Program-made: the position numbers and the translations under genes
DNA from: Moniliella sp. 'wahieum'
Lineage: Eukaryota
Length of the DNA: 64,000 bases
Reading direction: 5' to 3'
Assembly (NCBI GenBank): GCA_003971905.1
Contig: RSEE01000067.1
Location: forward strand, 248,001-312,000
Part shown: piece after piece, positions 47,880 to 60,830 of the stretch
Layout of the letters: the number at the start of each line of letters is the position of its first letter
Position numbering within the stretch: the first letter of the stretch is position 1
Notes under the pieces: generated by a model
Told to the model about the DNA's origin: nothing
Seen by the model: the letters and a program-made list of their open reading frames with translations, nothing else
Databases searched by the model: none

Positions 47880-50800
47880 CAGACGAGGAGGATGCACGGG
47901 ACATCGAAGGCACTGCAGTCAATCTCTTTGGCACACAGAGGGCACAGATGACGAGGACGACGACCGCACAAACGACTCTGAGACTGAACAGTGATTTGGC
48001 GGCTACACATTCCAAAGACCTCTCAATGGCAAGCCCCCAGTCCATATATTGACCCATCGCAATGCAAAAAAGTACCCTCGAAGACGATTACACTGCATTC
48101 GATGGTGCTAGAATGAGTAGTAGTATAAAATGTAATTAACCCAGGGAGAGCCAGCATAGGAGGATCAGATTCGTCAGATACGTCGCCCATGGGCACGTCA
48201 ATGACGTTTCTGACGTTCAAGGGGGTGACGTCGGCGACATATCTGACGTTCAAGGGGATGACATCGATGACATATCTGACGTTCAGGGTGGTGACATCGA
48301 GGACATACCTGACGTTCAGGGTGGTGACATCGACGACGTCACTGACCTGCAGCGCGCTGACAGAATTGCCTCACCCGCGGCAAATTACTCGTCTGACATT
48401 TTTGAAGGTATTTTATATCATAAACATAAATGATGTCTTTTCGCGATCCGCTGTGAATAGTAATGAACAGATCCGATGTCACCTCGGGGTACTTGAACCC
48501 CTTCAACGGGCCTTGACGACCACTGCACGTTACTCTACCATCGGAGGGTCTGAAGAGTTGCGGCCTTCACACACAGAAGGCCACTCAAACTACTAAGAGG
48601 GCCCCTTCTCTCTCGCCTCCACACACCCTCCCTCCGTTTGGCCAGGATAAGCATGATAGATGCCGGATATAAGTTGTTCGTGGCACCGATTGATCACCAA
48701 AAGAGTTATACCCCTAAACCACACAGGGGAAGGTCCCACCTCGGGGGACTCCCCATGATGCATGACACCACCTGAATATACTACCACTGCGTGGCCACTA
48801 TCGGCCCCTCCAGACCAAAGCCACCTAGTATTCTGTTGCTATGAATAAAGTATGTGACTTCCCTGTGGGTGTGAAATGAGAAACTCTATTGCGGGTTATA
48901 TGGTCAAGTACTATAGGGGCGAAAACAGCAAAAGTGAGGCTGCCAAACGGCTCGAGGGAATTAATAAATGTCCTACCGCTTCAACGGGTGTTGGTTCCGG
49001 ACATGTCAATAAAAGGACAATGTATTGCATTCGTATGTATGAAGTGTATGAAGTAACGCAACCTGTGACTAGGCAGCATGATACTGATAATGAGCTTAAT
49101 GTCAGCCCTGGAATCGCTGGATCTCGGATCCTACCAAGCTCCTGGAAGTTGGAAATGGAATGAGGAAATGTGAGCCGGAGTCATTGAACCGACAATTGGA
49201 GCAAGAGAAATCAAACGTGGTTGAGATCCTGAAAAGCACTAGATATTAAGTCAACGCAGCCACACCCCTTACTAAGGGTAAGCTAGTCGTGCCGAATGTT
49301 GCATTTGTAACCCGTGTCGCCATACCAGTCTTCCCCATTTGATAACGTTGGCCACGCTCGTCTTGCACACACAGCCTAGCATACATAGGGAAAAACAATG
49401 ACTGTTTAATGCGCAGCGAAGGGCGGGAAAAACTGGTGCACAACCTTTCTTTCCCCGTAAATGGGTGCCACATGGGAGGGCGAGAACGTCAATACAGGTT
49501 TCGAAATTCTAATGAAATACGAATGCAATCCGACAAGGGAACATTACTGGATGCATTGAAGAATATACAAACAAAGATAGGACAGAATGGGCAGTTTCAG
49601 GTCCTCCAAGTCGGCCGATGGAGAGATGTGGAGGGGCTGAATATACCTGTTCTGACTTTCCATGACGAACGCAAGCTCGGAAACACATCCATCGGAACAC
49701 TTGCTTTAAGCTAGTAGATCTTGATCTAAAAGGCATATCTGAATCTAGATCGGTTTGGAGGTATCATGGCGTCATCTGTCTCCTGTACTGAGTCACCCCA
49801 AATATCGTCAACCATTTGCCTAACGCTAGCTTCATTGATGTTTCCTGTTTTTCCATGTGATTGTGTTATAACCTCACAATAGATTAGATTGAGTTGCCTT
49901 GGATGCTGTTGTGGTCTCCTTTCTCATCAATTGTGAACGGTTGGGACTGGTCATACACATTTGGTTGGTTGCGTCACATATTATAGTCAATAGTCATATC
50001 AATGGTAGGACTGATCATAATTCCAGCGCTCTCTTACTGGAATGCACAGGCCATTGAACGAGAGACGATACAAATAATTGGCGACATCCCATGTGCAATG
50101 GCCTTGAGTGCTGTAACAATACCGTTCCCCAAGCCAGTCCGATTCGACAAAGATGTAGGGATGAGTAAGAAACTGCAAAAAATTGTACCCAAACAATTAG
50201 TCCATACCAGACCGCAAACGTCGCACCATACATTTTGTCAGGCGTTCATGCAATGATACGTTGCCCCGACCTGTCAGATTGGCCAACATAATTCCACTGT
50301 AATCGACACTCTGCGAGTACACTCGCTAGCCCACGGTAACCTTATTTCCAGAAACATCTGGTGGAGCAATTGAAAGGCATCTATTCCACAACATCTATCA
50401 ATACGTTCTTCAGAGTGTCCCCGGGAAAGAAGGAAACACTATTTCTCAACGGATAGGTCATTTCAAACAGAGGATGTTGTCATTGTGTAGACGGGAGGCA
50501 ATATACCTCGAAGAACGAATAATGACACGGCCATGTTGGTCAGAAGTCTGTGGAACTCTTCCTCCCCATCATCACGCCTGTCATCGCCATTGATGTCTAA
50601 ATGAAAGGTTCTATAATGTCACCGTGACATCACTGTGAGGACCTGGATGTCTGCTGTCAAGTATGCTTTTCCGTTAGCATACACAATGACCCACTGATGA
50701 CAAACAATACGAAACTTGATGACCAAATGGTAGCGACAAGAGTGTGGTGTTTGGCGTCCTTCTATGACTCTATGAGATGTTAACGCACTGAGGACCCCGA

Positions 50801-51430
50801 GTGTTTTGTTGGTGACTCTTGATCCCTCCAGAATGGCTTCAGATGCACAACTGAATTCGACATGTTTGGTGGCGTGCCCTTTTAATAGGGGACACTCTGG
50901 CTACCCAGTTACTGTGATGAAATTCATATGAAAGCAGACCTACTGCACTTCAGTTTGCTTCTTCAGAAGAGTTTATAATTAGGAAAACGCATACCAGTTT
51001 GCAAGGGGCTTCGAAATGGGGATAGCGCTGCGCGCCCACGTGTAGAGGAAGCACGTGTCCAACTTAATAACAGAAGGGCCCGTTACTGCATAACTGGACT
51101 GCAGAAACAAATGGGTGTGCTGAGCATAGGGTAACTGTCTGCACTCGACATACTCGAAGACCTCGAATGACCCTCACAAAGACATCATGACACTCTGTGC
51201 TGCTTTACAGCCAACAAAATCATTAGCTTATGCATAAGTACTGCTACATGTTGGTCGTTTTAAGTGTTCCACGTAGATTAATCCCGAAGAATATATGTCT
51301 GAAGTTCGTTCCAGCTACCGGTCCCATAGCTTCTTTTATGTTTGGATTCATGTTTGTTCGGAACAGATAACGTTCCAGGCTGTTTGTACACGTAATGGCC
51401 ATGGTCAGTGAGGCAGCCACGCCTTGTGTC
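47880..51430 (+). mobile_element. Highly degenerate CACTA/EnSpm (Transposase_21/Tnp2-like) transposase pseudogene
   Basis: Colinear remnants across frames and stops: acidic N-terminus, GVICL (49768), DHNSS...EC...TRDDTNN (~50013), DLSDWP..VIDTLRVHSLAHG (~50270-50335, cf. LPYWDP..VIDPMH....G), IP........L...LW (~50500-50550), AVKYAF (~50653), IPPEWLQ....WW (~50822-50872). Confidence 0.55.
48203..48351 (+). repeat. 33-bp minisatellite, about 4.5 copies, coding acidic 11-mers (DISDVQGGDID-like)
   Basis: Unit gac(g/a)t.(t/c)ctgacgttca(a/g)gg.g.tgac(g/a)tcg.. repeated with period 33. Confidence 0.9.
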
Positions 51431-51984
51431 ATGGCTCATGCGTAAGAACCAGGCTATAACACCCGTGTCATGTTGTAACCAAAGTAGCTCCTCGGCTTAA
51501 TCCAGGGAGGGGGATTCAACTGCGAGAATGCCTGAGCTTTTGGTTTCACCGGGGCTACCTCAACAAGCTCCAGTCATATTCGTTTGGTATATGTATTCGC
51601 CGGGATAATCGAAAGTCTCGCATGTTGAAGGAAAGGACTGCAGGGATGAATTGTGTCACGCGCGGGGTTCGTGATCTCCTTCCTTCGAGCGTCGGCATTG
51701 CGAGTCAAGTCAAGTCTGTTCTCCTTCGAGTTCGGCTCCTTCCGTGCTTCTTCGAGGGTGCGTGTCAAAGGCATCTTAGTTGGGAGCGGGCAACGGAGGG
51801 AGGGGATAAATACGATATTGGCCCGCCGACCAATGCTCGCCTTTTTTGTAACGTGAGAAAAATTGCGGACTCCGTTGGCCCGCCTACCAGCGTTCGCCCG
51901 TCATAGTCCAGTATCACTTGCAGGAGGTGAAGAAAGGCCAGTGGACCGACGTCAGGAGAAATCAAGAACCAAGGCTTATAGGCA

Positions 51985-52300
51985 GGGAAAAGGGAAGCAT
52001 CAGCGCAGTAGAGGAATAATGGGGGACACAGAAGAGAACAGTGCGGTGATTGCTACAAAGGCAAACGCCAATAAAAAGGCAAAAGGCAATAAGGTAAAGA
52101 GACATGGGCAACTATCCTCACAATAACTGAGGGGCTAACAATTCGGTAGCACCACCATGACGGCCACCAATTTCCGCTTGGACATGGGGCGGCTATCGTT
52201 ACCAATGACAGGTGGCCACTCGAGCCATCGAGCGGTTGAGGCTGATAGGGGAGCTCTGCTGGGTTTGAGTAGAGCAGACGGGCCTCTCTCAGCTTAGATC
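51985..52300. repeat. Dispersed repeat family, strongly diverged direct copy (D)
   Basis: ggggcggctat, tggccactcgagccatcg and gagctctgct...cagcttagat resemble 43510-43655 in the same order. Confidence 0.5.
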
Positions 52301-53308
52301 ATATCAGATCAGATCCTTCCGCGGTACCAGAGGGTAGGTTCTCTGTCACTGGCGGGCCCCGCTCCTCAATTCTCACTCCAACAAGGTGGAGACGGCATTG
52401 TGGGCATTTTCGTTGGTCAGAACCCCCCATGTCAGTATATATGCCATGCATTTGGCCGTGGTCACAGGTTGGGTGGCAGCAGCGGAAGCAGGTCGGCGTT
52501 TTGGAGCAGAATTTGGTGTGCACGTTTCCTCCTTGGCCCTAACTCGTTCTTTCCGAGCGGTTCTTTATCGTACTGGCCATATTGCCGCTGTCTTGGGCAG
52601 TGTAATAGTATCGTAGGGAAAAATCTGCTAAACACTGCAGTGGACTCCGGGCTGTCGTTGGCTATAGAGCATGCTCGCCGCCTTCACATCAATTCGCCTC
52701 TTGTGACTAGTCGCTCTGAGTATACCTAAGGTGCACTTAATGGGCTAATGGATGATCTACAACAGTGATGTGGTAGCTTATACGTGCAGATAGCTCATCA
52801 GGAACATCGAGGTCCACCAGCATCCGCGCTTAGGTTCGCTCGTCTCGGTAAACGAAGATGGTTTCAGCTTGGGGTATATCACGGGCGTTTGATAGGTACC
52901 GAGAGTCAACCACATGCATTTGTCCCTGGGGCTAACCTCGGCCTGCTGAAGTATAACGCTGCTACTTTTGGCGAATGGACAACTAAGCCCGTCTAACCGG
53001 TCACAAAGGTATGTTTTAACAATTAACTGCGTACCAAACACGGCAGCCTTCCAGTTGACCCTCAAGCTCCACCGTCTCAGTAGTACGCGACGCGCTACTA
53101 TCCCTTGCGACGAGACGGTCTAAACTTCGGCGAGGATGAAGCCAACTATACCTACGTAGAGGAGTGCTCATTTTTATTCATATGAAAATGTCGAGACGTC
53201 GAGACGTTTTGCTTCAACACAAGTGCCCATGACCTCCTAAGATGCTGCCTAGATTGGGTTACTTGAAACAGGAATATGCTTTGAGCCGAGTCAAGTTCGG
53301 CTACTTGT

Positions 53309-55613
53309 TCATGCTAGCCAAGCGGGCAGCCAGAGCGGCATTCTGAGCAGCAAGTCGGAGCGGAGGCGTTGGGAGATGACAGCGTACTGCTCCAGTGCCG
53401 TCGGGTTCTGGAGCGTGGCAGGATTGACGATGCTCGTTGGCTGGCCATTGATGATCTTCTTGATGGGCACTTCAACCTTTTTGCCGTTGAGCGTCTTGCA
53501 CCCCGCCTGGCGTAACGCGCTCGACAAATTTGGGGACGTGACGCGGACTGCGGTGGGTGCGGATGAGTTTCTTGACTTGGTTGGCCAACTCGGACCATTT
53601 GGCCTCGTCCCCTCGGGTATAACCTCAGGGTCGACATCCAAGAACAAGACCACACCTCGTCGTCCTTAGCGGGCGTGAGGAGCCCCACTGCCAACGAATC
53701 TTTGATCGCCGACAAGAGGTTGGTCTCAGGAGTGGCGGGCAATGTCGTGCCCGCGTCAAGGACATCGTACAGGTCCGACGAGCCGAAACGGATTCCGCCC
53801 GGGTTCAGCACCCCGTCCGATCGTCCACGCATGACCAGCCCCCCATGCGGCGTCAGCTGCACATAGTCGCCATGGTGCCAAGAGCCTGGCGTTTGGGCAT
53901 AATACGAGTCAAAGTACTTGCGCCACGGCTGACTCCACAGTCCCAGTGGTTGCACAGGGAACGGAGTGCGGCAAACCAAGTCCCCCTCTGTGTCGATGGG
54001 AACTGATTTGCCCCATCCATCCGCCACATCCACGTCCATCCCCAGCCCACGGCACTGCACTTCCCCCGCATATACTGGGACAGCCGTGCAGTGTGAGCCA
54101 AACAGCGAACAGATGTCCGAGCCTCCCGTAATGGAACCAATTACGACAGGACCGATCGCATCGTGAATGAACGGATAGAGATCGGCGCGGAGTGGGCTAC
54201 CAGTCGACAACACCTGGGTCACCTTTAGTCCTGGGAGTGCCTCCCGGGGACGGTACCCACTGCTGGCCAATGCCGACAAGTACGCTGCAGACGTGCCAAA
54301 AATGGTGACTCCCAGCCGGTCCGACAGCTCCCATAGCACCCGCGGAGGGCTCAACGGCGCTCCGTCGTACAGGACCAACGTGGCTCCTGAGAACAAGGCC
54401 CCGACGCTCCAGTTCCACATCATCCACCCGACCGAGGAATAATAGTGGAAAACGTCTTGTTCGCTTAGATCGCCGTGGACCATATGCTCCTTAATCATTT
54501 GAAGCAACATCCCACCAGCACGGTGCACGATCGCCTTGGGCACGCCCGTCGTGCCACTCGAGAAGAGAATCCAGAGCGGGGCGTTAAAGTCAAGTTGGGC
54601 AAACTCAATCTTCTCATCTGATTCTGCCGGAGAGGAGGCCAAGAACGCATCCCAGCCCATGTATTGAATTCCATCGCGTCCGTTGCGAGCGGCAACGGCC
54701 TCGTTGAGAGAGGGACCCACATCCAGGTCCTGAATCAGGACGACTGTTTCCAGCTTGTCGGAGGGCGAGGAGGCAAGGTCGGATGGTGTGGTGTCAAGCC
54801 AGTCATCCGACGTGGGCTTAGCAATAGGCTTGGGCGGCGGAAGGGCGCTAAGGCGGGTCACCACATCGTCCAGCTTGCTGAGATGGTCGTGCATCTTGCC
54901 TCCATACGCCGTTGCGTTGACGGTAAACAGGACGCGCGGGCGCACGGTTGCAAGCCGGTCGAGCACTGCATCGGGCGCGAGATCGCCGGCGGCAGACACC
55001 CAAATAGCACCCACGGCCGATGCAGCGAGGAAGGCAATGAGATTTTCACCGATGTTGGACGCGTAGCTTGCTACACGGTCGCCCGGTTGAACACCCAGGT
55101 TGCGCAGGGCCTTGGTCGCAGATGCGACAGCCTGCCACAGCTCTGCGCGAGTGTAGCGCCGGTCGCCAGTCGGGCCGGGGCGTCCCTCGCTGGCGGAAAT
55201 GAGAGCGACCTTGTCCCGTTCGGCTCGTCCGGGCACACAGAACCGCAGCATATTCTCAGCAAAGTTGAGCTTGCTCCCGTGGAACCAGAGGGGTGGGGGC
55301 CAGATGGCGGGGGTGTCCGAGTCGGTAGGCTGCCCACCGGGTTGGACGAGACCGCGGCCAGGGCCAGCACTGGCGGTGAGCCACTCGCGGGAGGAAACGA
55401 CCCGAGGTGGCGCCAGATTGCTTCCCAAAAGAGGGCGGGATGGGCGACGGACCATGCCCAAAGTTCGTCGTACGAGGCGAGGCTGAGATGGTGGGTGGCA
55501 TTGACGTACGCCAGCAAGCGGCCGACGCCGGTGTCAGCAAGGGGCTTGGGGTGGAGGAGGTAAGCGCCCTGCTCGGCGCGAGCAGGCCCAGTCGCAAGCG
55601 GAGGCGCGGCCAT
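53309..55613 (-). CDS. Acetoacetyl-CoA synthetase (acetoacetate-CoA ligase), frameshifted
   Basis: SYDELWAWSV, WFHGSKLNFAENML, PLWILFSSGTTGVPKAIVHRAGG, GWMMWNW, STGSPL, SITGGSDICSLF, WHHGDY, GRSDGVLNPGGIRFGS, TLNGKKVEVPIKKII. Confidence 0.95.
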
Positions 55614-56201
55614 GGAGAAAGAGCGGGTGGTGGTGGTGGTGGTGGTGGTGGTGGTGGGGTGGCTTTGGCCCCGGGCTTCCTGGACTTGGGCTTGGTGCGG
55701 ATGGCATGTGGCGCGTGACGCGCGACGCGTGACGGCTGACCGGCTGCGCTGTTCCCGGCTGCCGACGAGAAGGTTGGGAGATTACATTTCAAAGCACAGC
55801 CACACGGGACCGGATGCGCCCGGAGAGGGAATTGCACCGGTCGCTGGCTGATAAGATTGACGTGATCTACCAGCGAAGGCCGATTGAATCGATCCGAGAG
55901 AGCTTCAGCAGAAGAACACCTACGATACTCTGGCCAAGAAACCATCTCCCAACAAAGTCATGAGGAGGCCAAGGGGGCATACTCTCATGCATCGTGAGTT
56001 CTCCTGCCAAGTGTCGCCCATCGTCGTAATTCGCATCTTCTGGTATTCTCATTCTGCCTCGTGATCAAAACAGTCAGACCTTCATCCTCCTCTGTGTTTT
56101 TTGTGTCGTCGGGTCGAAGCTCCCTGACAACGGTCTAGTGCGATTGGAGTTCTAGGGCTGTGCCTACGTGGAGTTTTCGGCTGGACAGATACGACTGAAT
56201 G

Positions 56202-56555
56202 GAGACGAGAATGGAAGGTGGCGGAAACTATCCCCATCAAGCACAGGGGTACAGGCAAGATCAAAAGGGAAACGGATCCAAGAGGGGGCGAAGAAAGGAA
56301 GACACGTCAAAAACGGGGGGGTCGCCGCAGGCGCGACCGAGAAAGGAAAAGGAAACGGGGAAAGAGGAGGCGATAGTCGTCGCAACGACTCTGGGAGCTC
56401 GGTGGCCTTATTTAGGCCAGCCGACTTGGACTTGAGCGGGGGCGGCTATTGTCGCGGGGGTACCTAATTTAGCCAACGATGAATCATCACACTTGGTCGC
56501 TTGCGGAGCACGCTCTACTGTGGGCATGTGCGGAGCAGGCGGACCTTATTAGTTT
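56202..56555. repeat. Dispersed repeat family, direct copy (E)
   Basis: Clear colinear similarity to 43276-43650. Confidence 0.85.
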
Positions 56556-58989
56556 GGGTCCGCCGCAGTCCGTACTAAAGTACTAAACATTTACCAGGCG
56601 GAGAAAGAGGATTGGTGTGTGGTTGATAAGAGGGGGGGGGGGGCGCCACGCCTCCCCTTCAAATGGTTTTCAATCCTTATTAGTTACTCTCATTACTAAA
56701 AGTAGTTACTATATAACTTTTGCTCTCACAGACCCTCAGATCTCACTCCTGGAGCATATGGAGTGAGTCACTAGTTCTGTGGCGTTTTGCCCTCCCGGTT
56801 ATTTCCTCGCAATTGATAGGGTCTATTACTATAGTGACGACCCTGGGGAGAGAGTCATGTAATATTTCGCTCGTTGAACTTCAATGCTATATAGCATCCG
56901 ACCTGAGGCCGGTCTAATCCGATCGAAAATCATTCCGTCAGCCCTTCTTCCCATCGGACTCATCCTGTTATAGTTGACTCTCCTGCTTTAATTCTTATCG
57001 CAGCAGCTGGCGTGTTGTCTCCTAGACTCGGTCATCATTGCGCGCCATCGATCTCCTGCGCGTGCACGCCCAATCTGTCAGGCTGTCGTACGCGTCGCTA
57101 CAATCGGGGACAACGCGTCATTTAATCATTAAATCCGGGGGGGCACCCAGCGCGACATATTGATAAGATGCACGTGCATGTGGCGGCTGAAAGCCGCGTA
57201 TCGTATTTTCCCAGACTGGGCAGGAACACATTAACACCAAGTCACTGACATTGCTCCAGAGTGGCACTGGCCATCGGCAGCCGGCCAGTTACTGGTTACG
57301 CGTCGCCCGCCGCACGGGCAGGTCCGGGTGGGGGCATCAGATTGACCTCCGCCACCACCACCATCATCAGCCCTCCCACCGCACTTTCCCACCACGGCTG
57401 CCATGAGCACCTCCGCTCCCCCCTCATCCTCCTTTCTTTCGTTCGTGTGCAGCTGTGCCGGTGGACGCCGCAAATTATCATCCCCACCGCCGCCGGCGTC
57501 CGACAGTGGCCATCGCTTCCAGGCGCGCCGCCAGCCCCCATCCCCACCCAGCATCCGCCTCTGCCTTCGCTCCCCTTTGCCCAGCCTTGCCCAGCATCAC
57601 GAAGGACGAAGAGCTTGTTCAGAGCATCTTGAACCCCCTCCACACGTATGTCATCTCCATGCCCTCCCGCCTCTCCTCCCGCGCCAGTCGTCTCACCTTC
57701 CTCGCAGCCCGCTTATCCCTTTGCCCACCCTGTCCCCGGCCGTTGTCCGTGCAGGCGCCGTCTCTTTGAGCAGCACCAGCATTGTCGCTGCCCATCCTCC
57801 CACTCTTGTTGCGCATTATACCCGCATCCGCCTTGCCGCGTCTCCCGTTGCATCTCGCCTTCCTTCCCTTCCCTCCTCCCCATCCAACACTTCCTCCATT
57901 TTGTCTTCTTCGCCCCTCCAGCATCCCCCCAAGCATCCCCCGAGCATCCCATCAGTCAACCCACTTCCAGCGACGATGCATTTCCCTTCCTGCCCCTCCT
58001 GCCCCAGGAATCGGTACGCGCGCTGGTCCCAGTTCGCCCCTTGACACTATCTATTCGTGGCCCTCTTCCATCGCTCGCTCCCTGGACACCCCTTTAACTG
58101 TCTCCATCCATCCTGAGCCCTCGCGCTCGCACCTACGTAGTGAGTCCCTACCCAGTATTTTCTCCATAAGCGTGTTGCGCTGCTGCCCTCGCTCCTGAGA
58201 AGGTTGTACCACTATATGAGCCTGGGGAGTCTGGGGATCCCAATGGGCCCACCCCGCCACGCTCACGCCGTTGAACGTTGACCTGCCGACGCCTGCTGCT
58301 GCTGGCCAAAGAGGAGTCCCGGATCCCAATGTTGTGTAGTACGTTCCTCTGCCAGTGGCCCATTTCGCCCGCCAAAAAAATATATCGTCTCCAAAAGAAC
58401 GACAGGAGCGAAGGAGAGCAGGAGCGTCATTTCCATTGTCTTCCATTGTCAGCTATTTTGGGCTCGTGTCACCTGCCTTCACTCATTTGGGCCTCGGTGG
58501 CTTTCTGTGCTGTTAGCGAGGACACAAACTTCAGTTTGCGTTCCCCCGCCAAAGAGAAATGAGAATAACGCGGAGTGAATCTTCACGTTAATCACCCGCT
58601 TGGGGTCATGTTGGTCATGTGCGGGCCAAGTTGGGTACGATAGGGCGTGGCCCTGATCTCCTTACGATTCCCCTAGTTCCGTAAATGGGGTAGTTGGTGC
58701 TATTAACAAGCAACACATTAGTGGTCGGCTGTGACCGTATGAACGTCGATCACTTCGGAATCGGGAGAGTTCGCTCTTGAGCGACGTTGTCGTCGCCGGT
58801 TTTGCCCCCGCTGGAGTTTTCTCCCCGCTGATTAGGGTCTTCCTCCGCTGTAAGGTCGAATTCAAGGCCTTCCTCCGCTGACCGGTTTGCCCCCGTTTCT
58901 TCCTTTCTCCACCGAAATGCGTGGTGGCCGGTAGTCCATCACGACCTGCCGTAAGTTGTCTAGGCTCGAACGTTCTTCGCGCTGGCGAA

Positions 58990-59844
58990 TGCTCATGTCA
59001 CGCAAGCCGAGTAGGATCCCAGTGCGTGCCTGCTTCCGTAAGTGGGATGTCCGCTCGTGTCAGGCTTGCACTGATCTCATCCATGTAATAGGTAGTCTCG
59101 ACCCGATCGGTTCCTTGGTCGGCCGAAAAATAGCGAATGAGTAGAGGTCCTCTGTATGCGGTAGGCGTATATCCATACCGCTGACGCAGTATGTTCATCA
59201 TGTCCTGGGTGCATGATATTTGGTGGATGGTTCGGATCGTCCGGAAGAGGTTTGATGGCATGGCGTCCCGAAGAAGATTGTGCAAGCGTCGGTCGAGGTC
59301 CTCGGTGAAGTATCGGGAGCTGCGACCATTCTGGACGATGTCGCTTGCGTGGGGATGGACGTCCGTATAGCGAAGAGAAATTCGTCTTCCCAAGCGCTGT
59401 AAGCGGAGGGGTCTCTGCTTAGATCAGGCCACTTGATATTCTTGGTGGGAGATTCGCGTAGTGGTGTGTAAAGGTCGTACTCGGGTCGCGAGGGTGCGCC
59501 GGTAGGGACACCCCTGAGCGCGTTGGGCTGAGTTTCCATTTGGTGGATGGTTTTCACCACAAAATGGTTGCCCTTCTAATCCAACTTCCCGTGATAAGCA
59601 TACGTTCGTCCTTCCATCCAAGCCACTCGTCTCTGTCGTGTATAGCGCTGTTGATCTTCTTCTTAACGACATCGATGTCGCCCGTCTTCTTGTACCAAAG
59701 ATGCGCTTCGATGCAGATCATCATGAGTTCCTCGTTGTCGGTGCTAATCGGTGGTGGTTCGCGATCTGGTGGTGTCCAGTAATCGCGATTGTTCACCATT
59801 GTGGTGTCGCTGACCGAGAGATCGGTGTTAATGTTGGCATCCAT
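58990..59844 (-). mobile_element. Retroelement gag-like ORF relic, frameshifted
   Basis: WPDLSRDPSAYSAWEDEFLFAI...LHNLLRDAMPSNL...MMNILRQRYG resembles the capsid N-terminal pattern P.L....Y..W...F and L...YG. No pol seen. Confidence 0.4.
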
Positions 59845-60053
59845 GGTTGTGGTGTAGTTTTGGCCAGCTCAGGGATGGGCAGATGAGGATGTAAGATGTG
59901 AGCACTGAACGTCGTATTGGACGAAGGAGCTTCCGCCACTGAATCGTCCAGAAGACTGATGCGAGCTCGGAAGGAATGAAATTTGAAATATGACTCACGT
60001 GATTACGCCTCTCCCAGGCCTCCCCCGCCACCGGCGCTACCGAAGCTGACCCA

Positions 60054-60830
60054 GTGACGCCGCCGCCACCACCACACATCAACAACCTCGGTCTCTCAAC
60101 AGAGATGAATGAGTTCACTCAGGACAAGTTTGAGGGCATGCCCGTGCGTCAATGCCTCGATGCTCTCACCACCCTTTGCACGCTCAAGTTGGAGCCTGGT
60201 GAGACAGTGGACCACCTGCTTTTGCGGGCCGATTCGACGCGCCACAAATTGGCGCTGTTGGGCCAGCCGTTCCCGGATATGCAATACTTTAATGTCCTAC
60301 TCACGGCGATCAAGGATTCCTATCCCATGGCATACCTTATTCAAATGGCCAAGGTCGCTGAAGCCAAAGATGTTTCTGAGCTGGACGTAGACGCTTTGCA
60401 TTCCTTTATTCTCGGTCTGGCCGATGTCCCGACGACGTCCCTCCGGGGCAGCGTTGCCCCCGCAAGCAAGGCAACGAACAACAAGCGCACCCCCCATGGC
60501 AAAGGACGAAAGGGGAGCAAGAAGGCTGGCAAAGAAAGCGGCTGCTTCGTGTGCGGCCTCCCTGGACATTATGCCCGCAACTGTAGCAAGCGCCACTCAC
60601 CGTCGCCACAACAATGAGGATGACCAGGCTCCCGCGCTATTACGCAGGAGCACGCGGACCACCCAGCCCCCGGTGCGCTGGGAGCCTGCCATGCCCACTC
60701 TTACTCCCAGTGGCACTGAACATGCCATGACTACAGTACCGGACCAGGTGGAGGACACCCCACTTCGGCCTCTGAGACTGTGACCTCCCCGGACAAGGCT
60801 ATTTGGCTGGAGGTCATGAAGAGGCCACTG
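60054..60830 (+). mobile_element. Ty1/Copia-like gag with CCHC zinc knuckle joined to a pre-RT linker (internally deleted relic)
   Basis: LKLEPGETVDHLL..LALLGQP...LLTAIKDSY, CFVCGLPGHYARNC, then LRRSTRTTQPPVRW and SPDKAIWLEVMK. Confidence 0.7.

Noticed and set aside
48700..51400. Minus-strand reading as a reverse transcriptase or endogenous virus
   Set aside because: Only scattered weak motif look-alikes; the + strand gives a longer colinear series of CACTA transposase motifs.
57231..58560. Pro/Ser-rich ORFs as a possible gene
   Set aside because: Low-complexity pyrimidine-rich sequence with no identifiable domain; a small spliced gene cannot be excluded but is unsupported.
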